Made by a program: the position numbers and the translations under genes. A stretch of DNA of 64,000 bases, from positions 340,904 to 404,903 of the forward strand of contig JAHHIM010000055.1 in NCBI GenBank assembly GCA_019358915.1, given 5' to 3'. The notes beneath the pieces were generated by a model. It was given only the letters and a program-made list of their open reading frames with translations, searched no databases and was not told where the DNA came from. Source of the stretch: Trichormus sp. ATA11-4-KO1. Its GTDB lineage: Bacteria; Cyanobacteriota; Cyanobacteriia; Cyanobacteriales; Nostocaceae. Shown in pieces: positions 1 to 11,092 of this stretch; within the stretch, counting starts at the first letter, position 1; each line of letters opens with the position of its first letter.

Positions 1-1
1 A

Positions 2-316
2 AAGAACCTGGAAGCCGAAGCCCTTTGGCAGCGATCGCTGGAAATTTACCAACAGCATCTTAACAATGCAGATCCCTATCTGGGAGTAATCCTCAATAAT
101 TTAGCATCATTTTACCTTTCACAAAAGCGCTACAGTGAAGCCGAATCGCTCTTTCTAGAAGCTATATCCATCCTAATAAAGACACTAGGAAACGATCACT
201 CTACCACCGTATCCGTTTGGGAAAACTTCGCTGTACTGTTAGGACTAGTTCAGCATGAAAACCGAGTTGCTGAACTTTCCAACCACCCAATCACGCAGGC
301 GTTACTTCCTCATTAG
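2..316 (+). CDS. 3' end of a tetratricopeptide-repeat protein (truncated by window edge)
   Basis: Manual translation of frame 2: EAEALWQRSLEIYQQHL...LNNLASFYLSQKRYSEAESLFLEAISILIKTLGNDH, a kinesin-light-chain-like TPR pattern; TAG at 314-316. Confidence 0.8.
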   Translation, partial: KNLEAEALWQRSLEIYQQHLNNADPYLGVILNNLASFYLSQKRYSEAESLFLEAISILIKTLGNDHSTTVSVWENFAVLLGLVQHENRVAELSNHPITQALLPH

Positions 317-471
317 CGATCGCCAAAAAATCTGGCTTTTTTCACTATCGGTAGACATAGCCGACTAAATCACGTTAATAAACACATTATTTTAGCTTTT
401 TGGGAAACGACCAAGGGTTGATTGTGAGCAGTTATCAGTATCCAGAAAACTGACTACTGATAACTGCATAA

Positions 472-3000
472 TTACACCTCAGCAGGTTGCTGTTCTTGTT
501 GTCGTTCCACAAACGCTTGAACACGGGAGCGATAGTTTCTCAAAGTCTCATCTACCCAGTCGCGATCGTTGCTATTAGCATACAAATGTACTAAAGGCTC
601 ACTGGCATCTGGTAAAACTAACAACCAACTATCATCGTAGGGTTGGCAAATTTTCACCCCATCGATTAACTCTAAGTTTTGGGCTGGGTGGGTTTCCACT
701 AAGTAACGCATCAGCGCGCCCTTAGCTGTCCAAGGACAACGGACTGTATAAGCTTTATGAACCACACGGGGCAATTCTGAACGGGCTGTAGCCAGCGATC
801 GCTCCTGAATAGTCAGCATCTCAATGAGCTTGGCAATACAGAACATAGAATCAAATCCCGGATGCAACTGCGGGAAAATAAAACCAGTTTCGCCACTACC
901 TCCTAAAACTACATTGGGATTTTTCTGAGAAGCTTCCATCAAGGCTGTAGGATTGGCTTTAGTACGAATTACCCTACCATCGTGGCGGCGAGCAACTTGT
1001 TCCACTGCACTGGAAGCGTGAACTGGGACAACTACCGTACCTCTGGGGTTGGATGTCAATATCATGTCTACCATCAGTGCTGTTAAGGTTTCTCCCCGGA
1101 TAGGGTAGCCTGATTCATCAACTAAGATTAGCTGTTCCCCATTAGCTGATACTTGCACACCAAAGTTAGCTTTTAACGCCTCCACTACATGACCTAGTTG
1201 AGTTAGCAGTCCTTCGCGGTCAGTGGTGGACATAGCAGTTTTATTTACACTGGCATTCAACACCACCGCATCAGCACCAAATTTATCTAACATGAGCGGT
1301 AGAACTGCCCCAGACACAGCATAAACATAGTCAATTACCACTTTTGCCCGGCTGTTGCGCAGAGTATCAACATTTAACAGCTTTTCAAAGGCAGTGCAGT
1401 AACGGTCAATTACTTGGCTAGGGTAAGAAACATCGCCAACTTCATGAATTTGCGATCGCCGCATATCTTCTTTAAAGTAAGCACCCTCAATTTTCTTTTC
1501 TAGGGCTTTGGTGATGTTAATACCCTTGGCATCCATAAATTCAATCAGGATATAGTCAGGGCGATCTGGGTGTACCCGCACATGGATGCCGCCAGCTACT
1601 GACATTGTGGGTATCACTGTCCGCGCTATGGGAATAGCTGTTGCATCCAGGTTTTGAATATCAACACCTACTGACATCAAACCAGCAATTAATGACCGGG
1701 TAACCATACGAGAAATATTACGCTGGTCACGGGAGACAGTTACCTTAGAACCGGGTTTCAAAGTAGAACCATAAGCGGCTCCCAATTTCACAGCAAACTC
1801 TGGGGTAATGTCAATATTGGCTAAACCTTGGACACCACGTTGCCCAAATAAATTTCTTTGGGCAGTGTTACCCCAAATCAAATTAATGTTTAAAATTGCA
1901 CCAGACTCAATTTTCTTACTAGGCCAAACGCGGACGTTGGGGCTAATTTGGGCTTCTTCTCCCACAGTGGAAAGCGAACCAACTACAGATGCTTCTAATA
2001 CATGAGCGCGACGATCTACACGGGTACCACGAGAAATCACGCAAGCACTTAAATGGGCTTCATCCCCAATAATTGACCCATTCCACAAAATCGGCCGCTT
2101 CAAGTTAGCATCAGCGCCAATAGTGACATTATCCCCAATAACAGTTCCCCCCTCAATCTGCACTCTTGCCCCAATGCGGCAATTGTCACCAATAACTGCT
2201 GGAGTTTCAATAGTAGCTGTGGGGTCAATAAAAGTATTTTGGCCTATCCATAACCCATTAGCAACTTCTTTATAAGCAAAGTCAAGTTTTACTTTACGAT
2301 CCAAAGCATCATATTGAGCTTCACGATAAGCATCTAAGTGACCAACATCGCACCAGTAACCTTGGGCAATGTAACCGTACATTGGTTCACCTTTTGCCAG
2401 TAATAAGGGAAATAAGTCTTTAGAAAAGTCGCTTTCAGTGTTAGATGGCAAATATTCCAAAACTTCTGGTTCGAGAATATAAATGCCAGTGTTGACGGTA
2501 TCGGAAAAAATTTCACTAGTGGAAGGTTTTTCTAAAAAGCGATTAATATTTCCTTGTTCGTCGGTAATCACCACTCCAAATTCAACCGGGTTGGGAACCC
2601 TAGTTAACACCAAAGTAGCTTTTGATTGTTTTTGTTTGTGAAATTCGATTGCAGCTTTCAGGTCGAAATCTGTGATACTATCGCCGCTAATCACTAAAAA
2701 CGTTTCGTCAAGGAGTTCGGCAATATTTTTCACACAGCCTGCCGTGCCTAACGGCTGGTCTTCTTCGACCGCATAGGTCATCTGGATGCCAAAATCGCTA
2801 CCATCTTGAAAGTAATCTCGCAGGACATCTGGTAAATAATGCAATGTCGCAATAATTTCTGTAATTTGATGTCGTTTGAGCAGATTGATGATATGTTCGG
2901 CAATTGGTCTATTTAAAATGGGAACCATCGGTTTGGGCAGATCACAAGTTAATGGGCGAAGTCGCGTTCCCGAACCGCCTGCCATCAGTACTGCACGCAT
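472..3000 (-). CDS. Mannose-1-phosphate guanylyltransferase / NDP-sugar synthase with LbH repeats and C-terminal phosphomannomutase-like domain
   Basis: [17 protein letters not shown] nucleotidyltransferase motif, hexapeptide repeats, alpha-D-phosphohexomutase-like C-terminal half. Confidence 0.9.
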   Translation of the reverse strand: MRAVLMAGGSGTRLRPLTCDLPKPMVPILNRPIAEHIINLLKRHQITEIIATLHYLPDVLRDYFQDGSDFGIQMTYAVEEDQPLGTAGCVKNIAELLDETFLVISGDSITDFDLKAAIEFHKQKQSKATLVLTRVPNPVEFGVVITDEQGNINRFLEKPSTSEIFSDTVNTGIYILEPEVLEYLPSNTESDFSKDLFPLLLAKGEPMYGYIAQGYWCDVGHLDAYREAQYDALDRKVKLDFAYKEVANGLWIGQNTFIDPTATIETPAVIGDNCRIGARVQIEGGTVIGDNVTIGADANLKRPILWNGSIIGDEAHLSACVISRGTRVDRRAHVLEASVVGSLSTVGEEAQISPNVRVWPSKKIESGAILNINLIWGNTAQRNLFGQRGVQGLANIDITPEFAVKLGAAYGSTLKPGSKVTVSRDQRNISRMVTRSLIAGLMSVGVDIQNLDATAIPIARTVIPTMSVAGGIHVRVHPDRPDYILIEFMDAKGINITKALEKKIEGAYFKEDMRRSQIHEVGDVSYPSQVIDRYCTAFEKLLNVDTLRNSRAKVVIDYVYAVSGAVLPLMLDKFGADAVVLNASVNKTAMSTTDREGLLTQLGHVVEALKANFGVQVSANGEQLILVDESGYPIRGETLTALMVDMILTSNPRGTVVVPVHASSAVEQVARRHDGRVIRTKANPTALMEASQKNPNVVLGGSGETGFIFPQLHPGFDSMFCIAKLIEMLTIQERSLATARSELPRVVHKAYTVRCPWTAKGALMRYLVETHPAQNLELIDGVKICQPYDDSWLLVLPDASEPLVHLYANSNDRDWVDETLRNYRSRVQAFVERQQEQQPAEV

Positions 3001-3344
3001 AAATCCTCCTTAGCTATTTGCAGCATTTGCTGCTTTCAAACCCATGAGAGTATGTTGTGTATTCTTTCTTTAGTCTCCTATGGATATTGATATTTAAGGA
3101 ACTTCCATAAGAAGCATCTGGGGAGACATAAGCAGATTTACTCATTATGCTTATGCTAGCCATCTGTTCAGGGATACTTGAGCAAGTGCTGTCAAGGCCT
3201 GTGGGTGTAGTTGCGCTTCAAGCTTAGCGGGGTTGCTGAGTTATTCTAACAACACTTTACAGACGATAGTGCCTGAAAGTCTTGAGGCAACAAGGAACAT
3301 GCCGCGAAAGAACACTCTTGTGACTTTTTGTCTCTTAACTTAGT

Positions 3345-3507
3345 CAGGACTTACACACAGGTAATGGGAAAACGTTCGCATAGCGTGCGCGTAGCGCATA
3401 CCATGAAGACGCGTAAAGCCTTCGGCATAGCTTCGCTTACCGCACAGCATCTCGAAGAGAAGTACACGAAGAAATAAGAGTTTGAGAGAGTTTTTGCGTA
3501 AGTCCTA
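3345..3507. mobile_element. MITE-like element (AGGACTTAC...GTAAGTCCT ends) carrying nested small dispersed repeats
   Basis: Terminal inverted repeats; right half nearly identical to a shorter copy at 32232-32318. Confidence 0.75.
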
Positions 3508-3739
3508 TTAGTTTTACTTTGCCTATATTCTATTGTGACAATAGGTACTTAACTTTGGTAAATATTAACTAGCTGCAATACCTGGGTCTAATTTACACTG
3601 GAATTAGAGAATGTATGATTAAGTGACTCAGATGTTGAATACAGAGGAATTTAGTCCTAAATTCTCAGTGTAGGCTACGCAGTACCTACATGATGTGATC
3701 ATAACTTAACTCAAATTCTGTCAGTTACTAAGGGAGTCG

Positions 3740-3937
3740 ATGGGAATGAGTAACTTAATTGTTTTTGGTTTGATTGTGGTTTATGTAGCCGGTATTTGGA
3801 AGTTCTGGAGTGGGTTTACACGGACTAATTTTAGTCAAACTTTACCTAATCGCCTTGGTTTATCATTACTATGGCCGGCTTTATTTATTGCTAATAAATC
3901 ATATCGACGTAATTTTAGAAAGGCTTTAAAAGGCTAG
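3740..3937 (+). CDS. Small hypothetical membrane protein
   Basis: 65 aa, GGGAG RBS, two hydrophobic segments, basic C-terminus. Confidence 0.75.
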   Translation: MGMSNLIVFGLIVVYVAGIWKFWSGFTRTNFSQTLPNRLGLSLLWPALFIANKSYRRNFRKALKG

Positions 3938-4476
3938 TGCCACTACGCGGGAGTTAAAAATCAAAAGTCAAAAATTTTTATTATGGGCTTTTGAACTCTT
4001 TGGGATAATTTTCCCTCAGCACGATGGGTTACGTCCTTGCAGGCGATCGCACCTAAGTTACCGAAATTGATGCTCACCAGGATGTAATAATCCATATCAG
4101 ACCTGGGAGACTTGAATGATGTTTCGTCCTGCAATAGCGATCGCCAGTTTCATTTGTGTAATTTCTCTGCCCTCCTTAGCTCAAGGAAAACATTGAAATA
4201 TCCATCTTAATGTCGGAGAAAATGTTAGCTTACCTAGTTGATTTTTAATGCCTATTTTGATTCTTTTTAACCTATTTCTCAGTTCCCTTTGTCCAAGGTT
4301 ATAAACTAACAAGCACAATGTATTTGTTTTTTAAACTCTACTAATATTTGACCAAATACGGCTTTATCCGCACTTTGAAAAGTCTCTGAAGATGTTATCA
4401 CGGGTGAGACGCAAAAGCTTTTATCTTTCAACATCCGGTAAGCGATCGCCGCGCCGCAAAATATAAGTGTAGTTCA

Positions 4477-5787
4477 TCAAGATTCAGGTACTATCGGCAT
4501 ACCATCTTTAAGAGTTAACAGTCCTGAGATGACTATTTTATCTCCTGGCTGTAATCCTTCGAGAACTTGGGAATTATCCTCTCTGATATTGCCTAACTTT
4601 ACCCGCCTTTGCCGAGCTACTAGTTGAGATATCCCTTGTGAGGACTCTTCAGTTGCCATTACATAGACAAAAGTTTCCCCAGTTACACGAGACACTGCTT
4701 TAGTAGGAATTAACACCCCAGAACGCTGATTCCAAATTACTCTAGCCCGCACTAATTGATTTGGTTTTAGTTTACCTTGGGAATTATTAAAAAGTACTTT
4801 GATTAAAATTGATTGCCGCTCCTTATTGGCATTGGGAGCAATTAAAGATACTTGACTAGTATCCAAAACTTGACTTTGCATATTCAAAATCTTGACAGGC
4901 ATACCCTCACGTAATTGTGAGCCTTGTTCTGGTGGAACAGAAATATTGACTTCTAAAGGTTGGTTTTGAGAGACAGTAACCAGTGGTGTGAAAGTATCCA
5001 CTAAATCCCCTACTTTCACTGGCATATCACTGACTGTACCGCTAAAGGGTGCTGTTATTCTATAACTCTGGGGCTGGAGTTGTTGTTTTTTAATATTTGC
5101 CTCGGCTTGTTGCAAGGCTTTTTCAGCTTGCATTATAGTGGCTTGCTGCCCTTGAATTTGGGAATTGATTGCACCAAGATTAGCTTTAGCTGTGGCGAGC
5201 CTGCTGGCATACTGATCCCTGGTTTGTCGAGACACAGCTCCTTGAGCTGCTAGGTCAGCATACCTTTGGTAGTCCTTTTGCTTCAATTGCAAATCAACAA
5301 CTTGGGATTGCTGTGCTGCTACCAAAGATTGGAGTTTAGCACGCGCATTTTCCCGTTGTGCCACAGTTGCCTGATTAGCTGCTTTAATTTCACCGATTGT
5401 TGCTGGTCTAGAATCTACTTGGATAATTGCTGTTCTTGCTGCAACTTGCTCTCCCGCTTTCACAAATATTTGGGTAACTAGACCGGGAATTTTTGACTGC
5501 ATCTGCACTGAACGCTGGGACTCTAGGTTAACAACAAAGTCTGAACTTTCCTCAACTGTGCCGAGTTGCACTGGCGAGACCTTGACTCTTACCCCTGGAG
5601 TTTGAACCTTAGCAGATGGTGCTTGATGTGTAGGAGTGAATACACGCCAAATTATCGCTGTTCCACCCCCGATGATTAGTGTGAAAGCTAATAATAATCG
5701 CGGCCACCGTCGTTGTTTTGGGGATGAATCAAATGAGGTTTGGGGAAGATTATCTTCAAAATCAGTTTGAGGCTCAGGGGATGTCAT
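4477..5787 (-). CDS. Efflux RND transporter periplasmic adaptor (HlyD/MFP family)
   Basis: N-terminal TM, lipoyl-like halves (IPGLVTQIFVKAGEQV; ITAPFSGTV..VKVGD), coiled coil, GLQPGDKIV C-terminus. Confidence 0.85.
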   Translation of the reverse strand: MTSPEPQTDFEDNLPQTSFDSSPKQRRWPRLLLAFTLIIGGGTAIIWRVFTPTHQAPSAKVQTPGVRVKVSPVQLGTVEESSDFVVNLESQRSVQMQSKIPGLVTQIFVKAGEQVAARTAIIQVDSRPATIGEIKAANQATVAQRENARAKLQSLVAAQQSQVVDLQLKQKDYQRYADLAAQGAVSRQTRDQYASRLATAKANLGAINSQIQGQQATIMQAEKALQQAEANIKKQQLQPQSYRITAPFSGTVSDMPVKVGDLVDTFTPLVTVSQNQPLEVNISVPPEQGSQLREGMPVKILNMQSQVLDTSQVSLIAPNANKERQSILIKVLFNNSQGKLKPNQLVRARVIWNQRSGVLIPTKAVSRVTGETFVYVMATEESSQGISQLVARQRRVKLGNIREDNSQVLEGLQPGDKIVISGLLTLKDGMPIVPES

Positions 5788-6148
5788 AGCTTACAGGGAA
5801 CCTAACAACAAATGAACTGGAACTAAATCAGGATTTGGTCTTTTGAAACGAAAATTACTGATTTAGCACGAGGCTTCATGACCAATGATGTGTTAACTCA
5901 TCCCAATATACTGGCTGATAGATTTTGTCTAAATCTACCCAAAGGTGAATGATAAAATTTAGGACACAGGGAATGGGAAAACTTTTGTTGAGCATTGCTA
6001 TACTTCCCAAGCCTGCGCTGGAGCAGCTTAATCAAAATAATTCGTAATTCGTAGTTAAAAACACATTAATAAATCCCGTGAATGGAAATATTATTTATAT
6101 TTCTCTTTTCACCATTGATAAATTGAGAAAACTGTATCCTGTATCATT

Positions 6149-6180
6149 AATTACGAATTACGAATTACGAATTACGAATT
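6149..6180. repeat. Heptamer tandem repeat (AATTACG)x4, with inverted copies at 6039-6052
   Basis: Directly visible; STRR-type repeat typical of heterocystous cyanobacteria. Confidence 0.9.
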
Positions 6181-6182
6181 AA

Positions 6183-7121
6183 TCAAAGGCTACCAATTGC
6201 TTCAGCAAATAGCTGAGAAACAAAAGGTAAAATCTCCCGGTTTTTAGCGTTGGCTTTGCCTTCAGTAAATGCTACTAAAATGTAGGGACGTTGATTTGGT
6301 AACTCAATATACCCTGCATCATGACGAACTTGACTTGTCCAACCTGCTTTTGACCAAAGTTGAGCATTTTGGGGAAGTCCACCACCTAAGAAACCTGTTA
6401 CCTGGTCTTCTTCTACATCAGTAGGTAAATCATCTCTTTTGAGACTACGTTTGAGCAAAGCCATCATCGCTTGCGATCGCCCGCTCGAAACTGCCACCCC
6501 ACCTACAATACTATGAAGTAACCTGGCGATCGCATTGGTTGTGACCATATTACGATTGTCTAACATCTCTCCATAAAATGCCCGCTCTCTGCCATAAGGG
6601 CCATCACCCCAAGTTTTTTGACAAACGTTAATTGTCTGTATTTCTTCCCAGCCCAAAGATTGGTAATAGCGGTTGACAATGTTACGCTGATACTTCCAGG
6701 TTTCAAATGGCCCTGTGGGTAACTCTGGTCCGGAGGTCGTACCACTGAGAATATCGACAATTAAGCTGGTAGCGTCATTGCTAGAATCAACAATCATATC
6801 GCGCAAGGCTCGTTCCAACTCCTTGGAGTTTGAACTCATGCCTTTTTCTAGCCATTCGTTGACCGCCACCAAATAAAATAGTTTAACTACACTCGCGGGA
6901 TAAATCCGCTCAACCCCACGATACGTAAAACCACGTACTTGATGGTTCCAAAAAGCATCAGGAGTCAAAGCGCCACCAGTATTTACAGGTACTGGCGGAT
7001 CGTACACAATCCAAGTTAAAGCAACTTGGTTACGGGCTAACGTCGGAAATGCTGCCCAAGTTGCCTCTAAAATGCCATTACCAAGATTTTCGAGTTGTTC
7101 GTCTTTTCTGAAGAAAATCAT
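6183..7121 (-). CDS. Serine hydrolase, class A beta-lactamase-like family
   Basis: SxxK (ASVVK), SxN (SSN) and KAG motifs; probable start MIFFRK at 7121. Confidence 0.85.
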   Translation of the reverse strand: MIFFRKDEQLENLGNGILEATWAAFPTLARNQVALTWIVYDPPVPVNTGGALTPDAFWNHQVRGFTYRGVERIYPASVVKLFYLVAVNEWLEKGMSSNSKELERALRDMIVDSSNDATSLIVDILSGTTSGPELPTGPFETWKYQRNIVNRYYQSLGWEEIQTINVCQKTWGDGPYGRERAFYGEMLDNRNMVTTNAIARLLHSIVGGVAVSSGRSQAMMALLKRSLKRDDLPTDVEEDQVTGFLGGGLPQNAQLWSKAGWTSQVRHDAGYIELPNQRPYILVAFTEGKANAKNREILPFVSQLFAEAIGSL

Positions 7122-7127
7122 TGAAGA

Positions 7128-7832
7128 ATGCTCTCTAATCCAGAATCCCAAATCCTAAATTTGACATCGGCAGAATACCAGTGTCTCGCTGACCTGAATT
7201 TATATGATTCTCCTGAATGTACGCGCTTGGCAACTCAAGCCGCTTCTGAGCGACATTTGCGGGTAACATCAAATCATCAGGTGTCAGGAGTCGAGGTATG
7301 TTTGTGTGAGGATGACTATCCAGGATGGGTATCCTTTGCCGATTTGGGTTTGTTACAACCTGCTACTGTACTTTATCAGGCTAAATCATTTTCTGAGTCT
7401 GATATTAAAAAACTGCTACCAGAGGTCATCGCTTTTACGCAAGCGGCGATGCAACAGTCTAACTATTACCTTTGGGGTGGTACGGTGGGGCCTAATTACG
7501 ACTGTTCGGGGTTAATGCAGGCGGCGTTTGTCTCTGTGGGTATTTGGTTACCTAGAGATGCTTATCAGCAGGAAGCTTTTACTCAGGCAATTGCTGTGGC
7601 TGATTTAGCACCTGGGGATTTGGTGTTTTTTGGTACTCCCCAAAAGGCTACTCATGTGGGGCTGTATTTGGGTAATAATTATTACATTCATAGTTCTGGG
7701 AAAGCCCAGGGACGCAATGGTATTGGGATTGACATGCTCTCGGAACAGGGAGATGCGGTAAGTCAGTCATACTATCAGCAGCTACGAGGTGCTGGCAGAG
7801 TTGTTAAAAGTTACAAACCACAGAGACACTGA
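7128..7832 (+). CDS. NlpC/P60 (C40) cell-wall peptidase
   Basis: YLWGG..YDCSGL, PGDLVFFG..HVGLY..YIHS motifs. Confidence 0.9.
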   Translation: MLSNPESQILNLTSAEYQCLADLNLYDSPECTRLATQAASERHLRVTSNHQVSGVEVCLCEDDYPGWVSFADLGLLQPATVLYQAKSFSESDIKKLLPEVIAFTQAAMQQSNYYLWGGTVGPNYDCSGLMQAAFVSVGIWLPRDAYQQEAFTQAIAVADLAPGDLVFFGTPQKATHVGLYLGNNYYIHSSGKAQGRNGIGIDMLSEQGDAVSQSYYQQLRGAGRVVKSYKPQRH

Positions 7833-7846
7833 GGACGCAGAGGAAT

Positions 7847-8860
7847 ATGAGGGGTGGATTAATTTCCGACATGATCACGGAGGAGAATGGGGCAATTTCT
7901 GCAAATATCCCCGATGTTTCGGTGGTGGTGCCGGTACGTGATGAGGTGGAAAGTTTACCAATTTTATGGGAGGCGATCGCTTCTAGTATTAGTAATAGTA
8001 ATTTGAGTTATGAAATCATTTGTGTAGATGATGGTTCTACAGATGGTTCTGCTGAGTTACTTAAAGAACAAGCACAAATCCGCACTGATTTAAAGGCGGT
8101 GATTTTGCGACGAAACTACGGTCAAACTGCGGCTATGGCAGCTGGGTTTAATTATGCTAACGGTAAAGCGATCGTGACTTTGGATGCTGACCTGCAAAAT
8201 GACCCGGCTGATATCCCGTTGTTATTAGCTAAACTGGAGGAAGGTTACGATTTGGTCAGTGGTTGGCGGCATAAACGCCAAGATGCTTTGGTATCAAGAT
8301 TAATTCCTTCTAAAATTGCTAACTGGTTGATTGGCAAGGTGACTGAAGTGAAGTTGCATGATTACGGTTGTTCCCTGAAAGCTTATCGTGCGGAAGTAGT
8401 AGCAGATATGAATCTCTACGGGGAACTGCACCGATTTCTCCCAGCTTTGGCTTATATTGAAGGCGCAAGAATCACCGAAATACCTGTGCGTCATCATGCC
8501 CGACGTTTTGGATACAGTAAGTATGGCATTGGGCGGACGTTTCGCGTCATGATGGATTTGCTCACTATTTACTTTATGAAAAAATTCCTCACACGCCCGA
8601 TGCACGTTTTTGGGCTGTTGGGTTTAAGCTCGATAGTTACAGGAACGCTAATTGGTATTTACTTGACTTTTATTAAATTGGCTTTAGGCGAATCGATTGG
8701 TAATCGTCCTTTGCTGATTTTGGCAGTACTTTTGCTAGTTACTGGGGTGCAGCTGTTTTGCTTTGGTCTGTTGGCAGAGTTACTCATGCGTACTTACCAT
8801 GAATCTCAAGGTCGCCCTATCTATCGAGTACGGGAAATAGTAGCAAAAAACATTAAGTAA
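7847..8860 (+). CDS. Glycosyltransferase family 2 (polyprenol-phosphate glycosyltransferase-like)
   Basis: VDDGSTD, RNYGQ, DADLQNDP motifs, two C-terminal TMs. Confidence 0.9.
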   Translation: MRGGLISDMITEENGAISANIPDVSVVVPVRDEVESLPILWEAIASSISNSNLSYEIICVDDGSTDGSAELLKEQAQIRTDLKAVILRRNYGQTAAMAAGFNYANGKAIVTLDADLQNDPADIPLLLAKLEEGYDLVSGWRHKRQDALVSRLIPSKIANWLIGKVTEVKLHDYGCSLKAYRAEVVADMNLYGELHRFLPALAYIEGARITEIPVRHHARRFGYSKYGIGRTFRVMMDLLTIYFMKKFLTRPMHVFGLLGLSSIVTGTLIGIYLTFIKLALGESIGNRPLLILAVLLLVTGVQLFCFGLLAELLMRTYHESQGRPIYRVREIVAKNIK

Positions 8861-8884
8861 AGTAACAATATATGGAGTGCCTTT

Positions 8885-8925
8885 CTGAGTGCTGAGTGCT
8901 GAGTGCTGAGTGCTGAGTGCTGAGT
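8885..8925. repeat. Heptamer tandem repeat (CTGAGTG), about 6 copies
   Basis: Directly visible; same unit recurs near 34235, 51270, 52260 and 58315. Confidence 0.9.
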
Positions 8926-8984
8926 AAAAAATACTAACCTCTAGCCTCTAGCTTCTAGCCTCTATTAATAATGGAATAGTTACT

Positions 8985-10220
8985 TTGAAAGTTCTTTATA
9001 CATTAGATGCCGAACTACGACGTAACCTGCTAGTTTTGTTTACAGCAGGTTTATTATTCTGGTCTAGTATCGCCTCGTTATTACCAACTCTTCCCCTGTA
9101 TATCGAAGATATCGGCGCAACCAGTCAACAAATTGGCATTGTGATGGGCAGTTTTGCCATTGGGATGTTGCTGTTTCGCCCTTGGTGTAGCAATTTAGCA
9201 GATCGGCGGGGTCGTAAGATTGTGTTGCTCATTGGGATGACAGCAGCTGCGATCGCACCTCTGGGCTATTTGCTAGCAACTTCTATTGTGCCGTTGATTG
9301 TGCTGCGTGCCTTTCACGGTATTAGTATTGCGGCTTTTGGCACGGCCTACATGGCGTTGGTGGGAGATTTAGCACCAGCGAAGAACCGTGGTGAAGTCAT
9401 TGGCTATATGAGTTTGGTGAATCCTTTGGGTGTGGCCATTGGGCCCGCTTTGGGGGGATATTTACAAGCGGCGGCTGGTTACACCCCATTATTTGCGTTA
9501 TCTGCGGCTTTGGGTTGTTTAGGGCTGTTGTGTGTTGTGCCAATCGTCAATCCCACCGTGGATGAGCAGTCGCACACCAGCGCCACTGATAACTTATTTT
9601 GGGGACTACTATTTAGCCCTCGTGTGCGTGTTCCGGCAATCGTGATGTTATTGATTGGTATGGTTTTAGGTACTTTGCATACCTTTGTGCCTTTGTTCAT
9701 CAAATCAACTAATGTAGATTTGAATCCAGGCTTGTTTTACACAGCCGCCGCGATCGCTAGTTTTAATGTCAGGTTGTTTATCGGTCGGGCTTCTGATCGC
9801 TATGGACGGGGTTTGTTTATCACCTTTAGCTTGATTGCTTTCACTTTAGCGATGGTAGGCATTTGGCAAGCTAACAGCGCCTCTGTTTTCTTACTATCAG
9901 CCTTTGTTGAGGGTGCTGCTTCTGGGACAGCAATTCCCATGATGGCCGCGATGATGACAGATCGAGCCATGCCCCACGAACGAGGGCGGATTTTTGGAGT
10001 ATCTTTGGTGGGACTGGATATTGGAATTGCGATCGCAGGGCCTGTTCTCGGTGCTATTGCCGAACAAGTAGGCTACCGCAATATGTTCGGTTATGGTGCT
10101 GGTTTAACTTTTCTGGCCTTAATCATATTTCTTACCCAGTCCAGCCATGATTTACGCCATTCATTACGTTTTGCTTTAGGTCGCGCTGAAGATACTTATG
10201 CTTTAGATAATGCCAAATAA
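8985..10220 (+). CDS. MFS transporter
   Basis: About 12 hydrophobic segments; motif A (LADRRGRK; ASDRYGR). Confidence 0.9.
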   Translation: MKVLYTLDAELRRNLLVLFTAGLLFWSSIASLLPTLPLYIEDIGATSQQIGIVMGSFAIGMLLFRPWCSNLADRRGRKIVLLIGMTAAAIAPLGYLLATSIVPLIVLRAFHGISIAAFGTAYMALVGDLAPAKNRGEVIGYMSLVNPLGVAIGPALGGYLQAAAGYTPLFALSAALGCLGLLCVVPIVNPTVDEQSHTSATDNLFWGLLFSPRVRVPAIVMLLIGMVLGTLHTFVPLFIKSTNVDLNPGLFYTAAAIASFNVRLFIGRASDRYGRGLFITFSLIAFTLAMVGIWQANSASVFLLSAFVEGAASGTAIPMMAAMMTDRAMPHERGRIFGVSLVGLDIGIAIAGPVLGAIAEQVGYRNMFGYGAGLTFLALIIFLTQSSHDLRHSLRFALGRAEDTYALDNAK

Positions 10221-10226
10221 AAGCTT

Positions 10227-10264
10227 AAAAAAGGCAAAATAGAATCAACTCTACCTTGCCTTTT
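10227..10264. terminator. Probable bidirectional terminator between the MFS gene and tRNA-Arg
   Basis: AAAAGGCAA...TTGCCTTTT stem flanked by A and T runs between convergent genes. Confidence 0.5.
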
Positions 10265-10275
10265 ACTTTTTTAAA

Positions 10276-10349
10276 CGGGCGAGGAGGGATTCGAACCCCC
10301 GACACCGTGGTCCGTAGCCACGTGCTCTAGTCCACTGAGCTACACGCCC
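10276..10349 (-). tRNA. tRNA-Arg (ACG)
   Basis: Reverse complement GGGCGTGTAGCTCAGTGGACTAGAGCACGTGGCTACGGACCACGGTGTCGGGGGTTCGAATCCCTCCTCGCCCG; anticodon stem CGTGG/CCACG, T-loop GTTCGAATC. Confidence 0.97.
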
Positions 10350-10386
10350 TTACAAGAAAATTATAATAACACGTTCTCGCAAAATA

Positions 10387-10893
10387 ATGCAAGACAATTT
10401 TTCATTGAATCCTATCGACTTAACTCACTTGGATGCTCAGGGAGAAGCGCAGATGGTAGATGTATCTGAGAAAGTACCAACTATCCGCCAGGCGATCGCC
10501 GCAGCCAAGGTGCGGATGTTACCAGCAACCTTTGCGGCAATTCAAGCCGGCAATGCCCCAAAAGGTGATGTGTTGGCAACTGCTAGGTTAGCGGGGATTA
10601 TGGCAGCTAAACAAACGGCCGCTTTAATTCCTTTGTGTCATCCATTGCCACTGCAAAAAATATCAATTGAGGTCATACCCGACCCCCAATTACCTGGTTA
10701 TCAAATTCAATCTACAGTCAAAACCAAAGCTGAAACTGGTGTAGAAATGGAAGCTTTAACTGCTGTTTCTATTGCAGCTTTAACTTTATATGATATGGCA
10801 AAAGCTTTAGAAAAATCGATTCAAATTGAATCAATTCAACTAATAAGTAAAACTGGCGGGAAAGCAGGAGAATATTACCCGCCAGAAGCATAA
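10387..10893 (+). CDS. moaC: Cyclic pyranopterin monophosphate synthase MoaC
   Basis: [40 protein letters not shown] motifs. Confidence 0.95.
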   Translation: MQDNFSLNPIDLTHLDAQGEAQMVDVSEKVPTIRQAIAAAKVRMLPATFAAIQAGNAPKGDVLATARLAGIMAAKQTAALIPLCHPLPLQKISIEVIPDPQLPGYQIQSTVKTKAETGVEMEALTAVSIAALTLYDMAKALEKSIQIESIQLISKTGGKAGEYYPPEA

Positions 10894-10894
10894 C

Positions 10895-11092
10895 TTAGAC
10901 AATATTGCCTATGGCTTTGTTTAGGTCTGTGGGGCTTTCATATTCTTCATTTTCGGGTAATTGCTCTAATATTGAGATTACATCCCGATCAGCTCCTTGA
11001 CTTTGAGCATGTTGAATCAATTCTTGCTTATTCGCAGGATAATCAACACCTTTCAAGTGTTTTTGGATTTCTACTGGATTGGCTTTAGCCAT
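10895..11092 (-). CDS. DUF2795-like small protein
   Basis: LKGVDYPANKQELIQHA...LEQLP..EYESP pattern; GAGG RBS. Confidence 0.8.
   Translation of the reverse strand: MAKANPVEIQKHLKGVDYPANKQELIQHAQSQGADRDVISILEQLPENEEYESPTDLNKAIGNIV

Noticed and set aside
4116..4196. 26-codon ORF resembling a signal peptide (MMFRPAIAIASFICVISLPSLAQGKH)
   Set aside because: Possibly a gene remnant, but too short to support and no recognisable continuation
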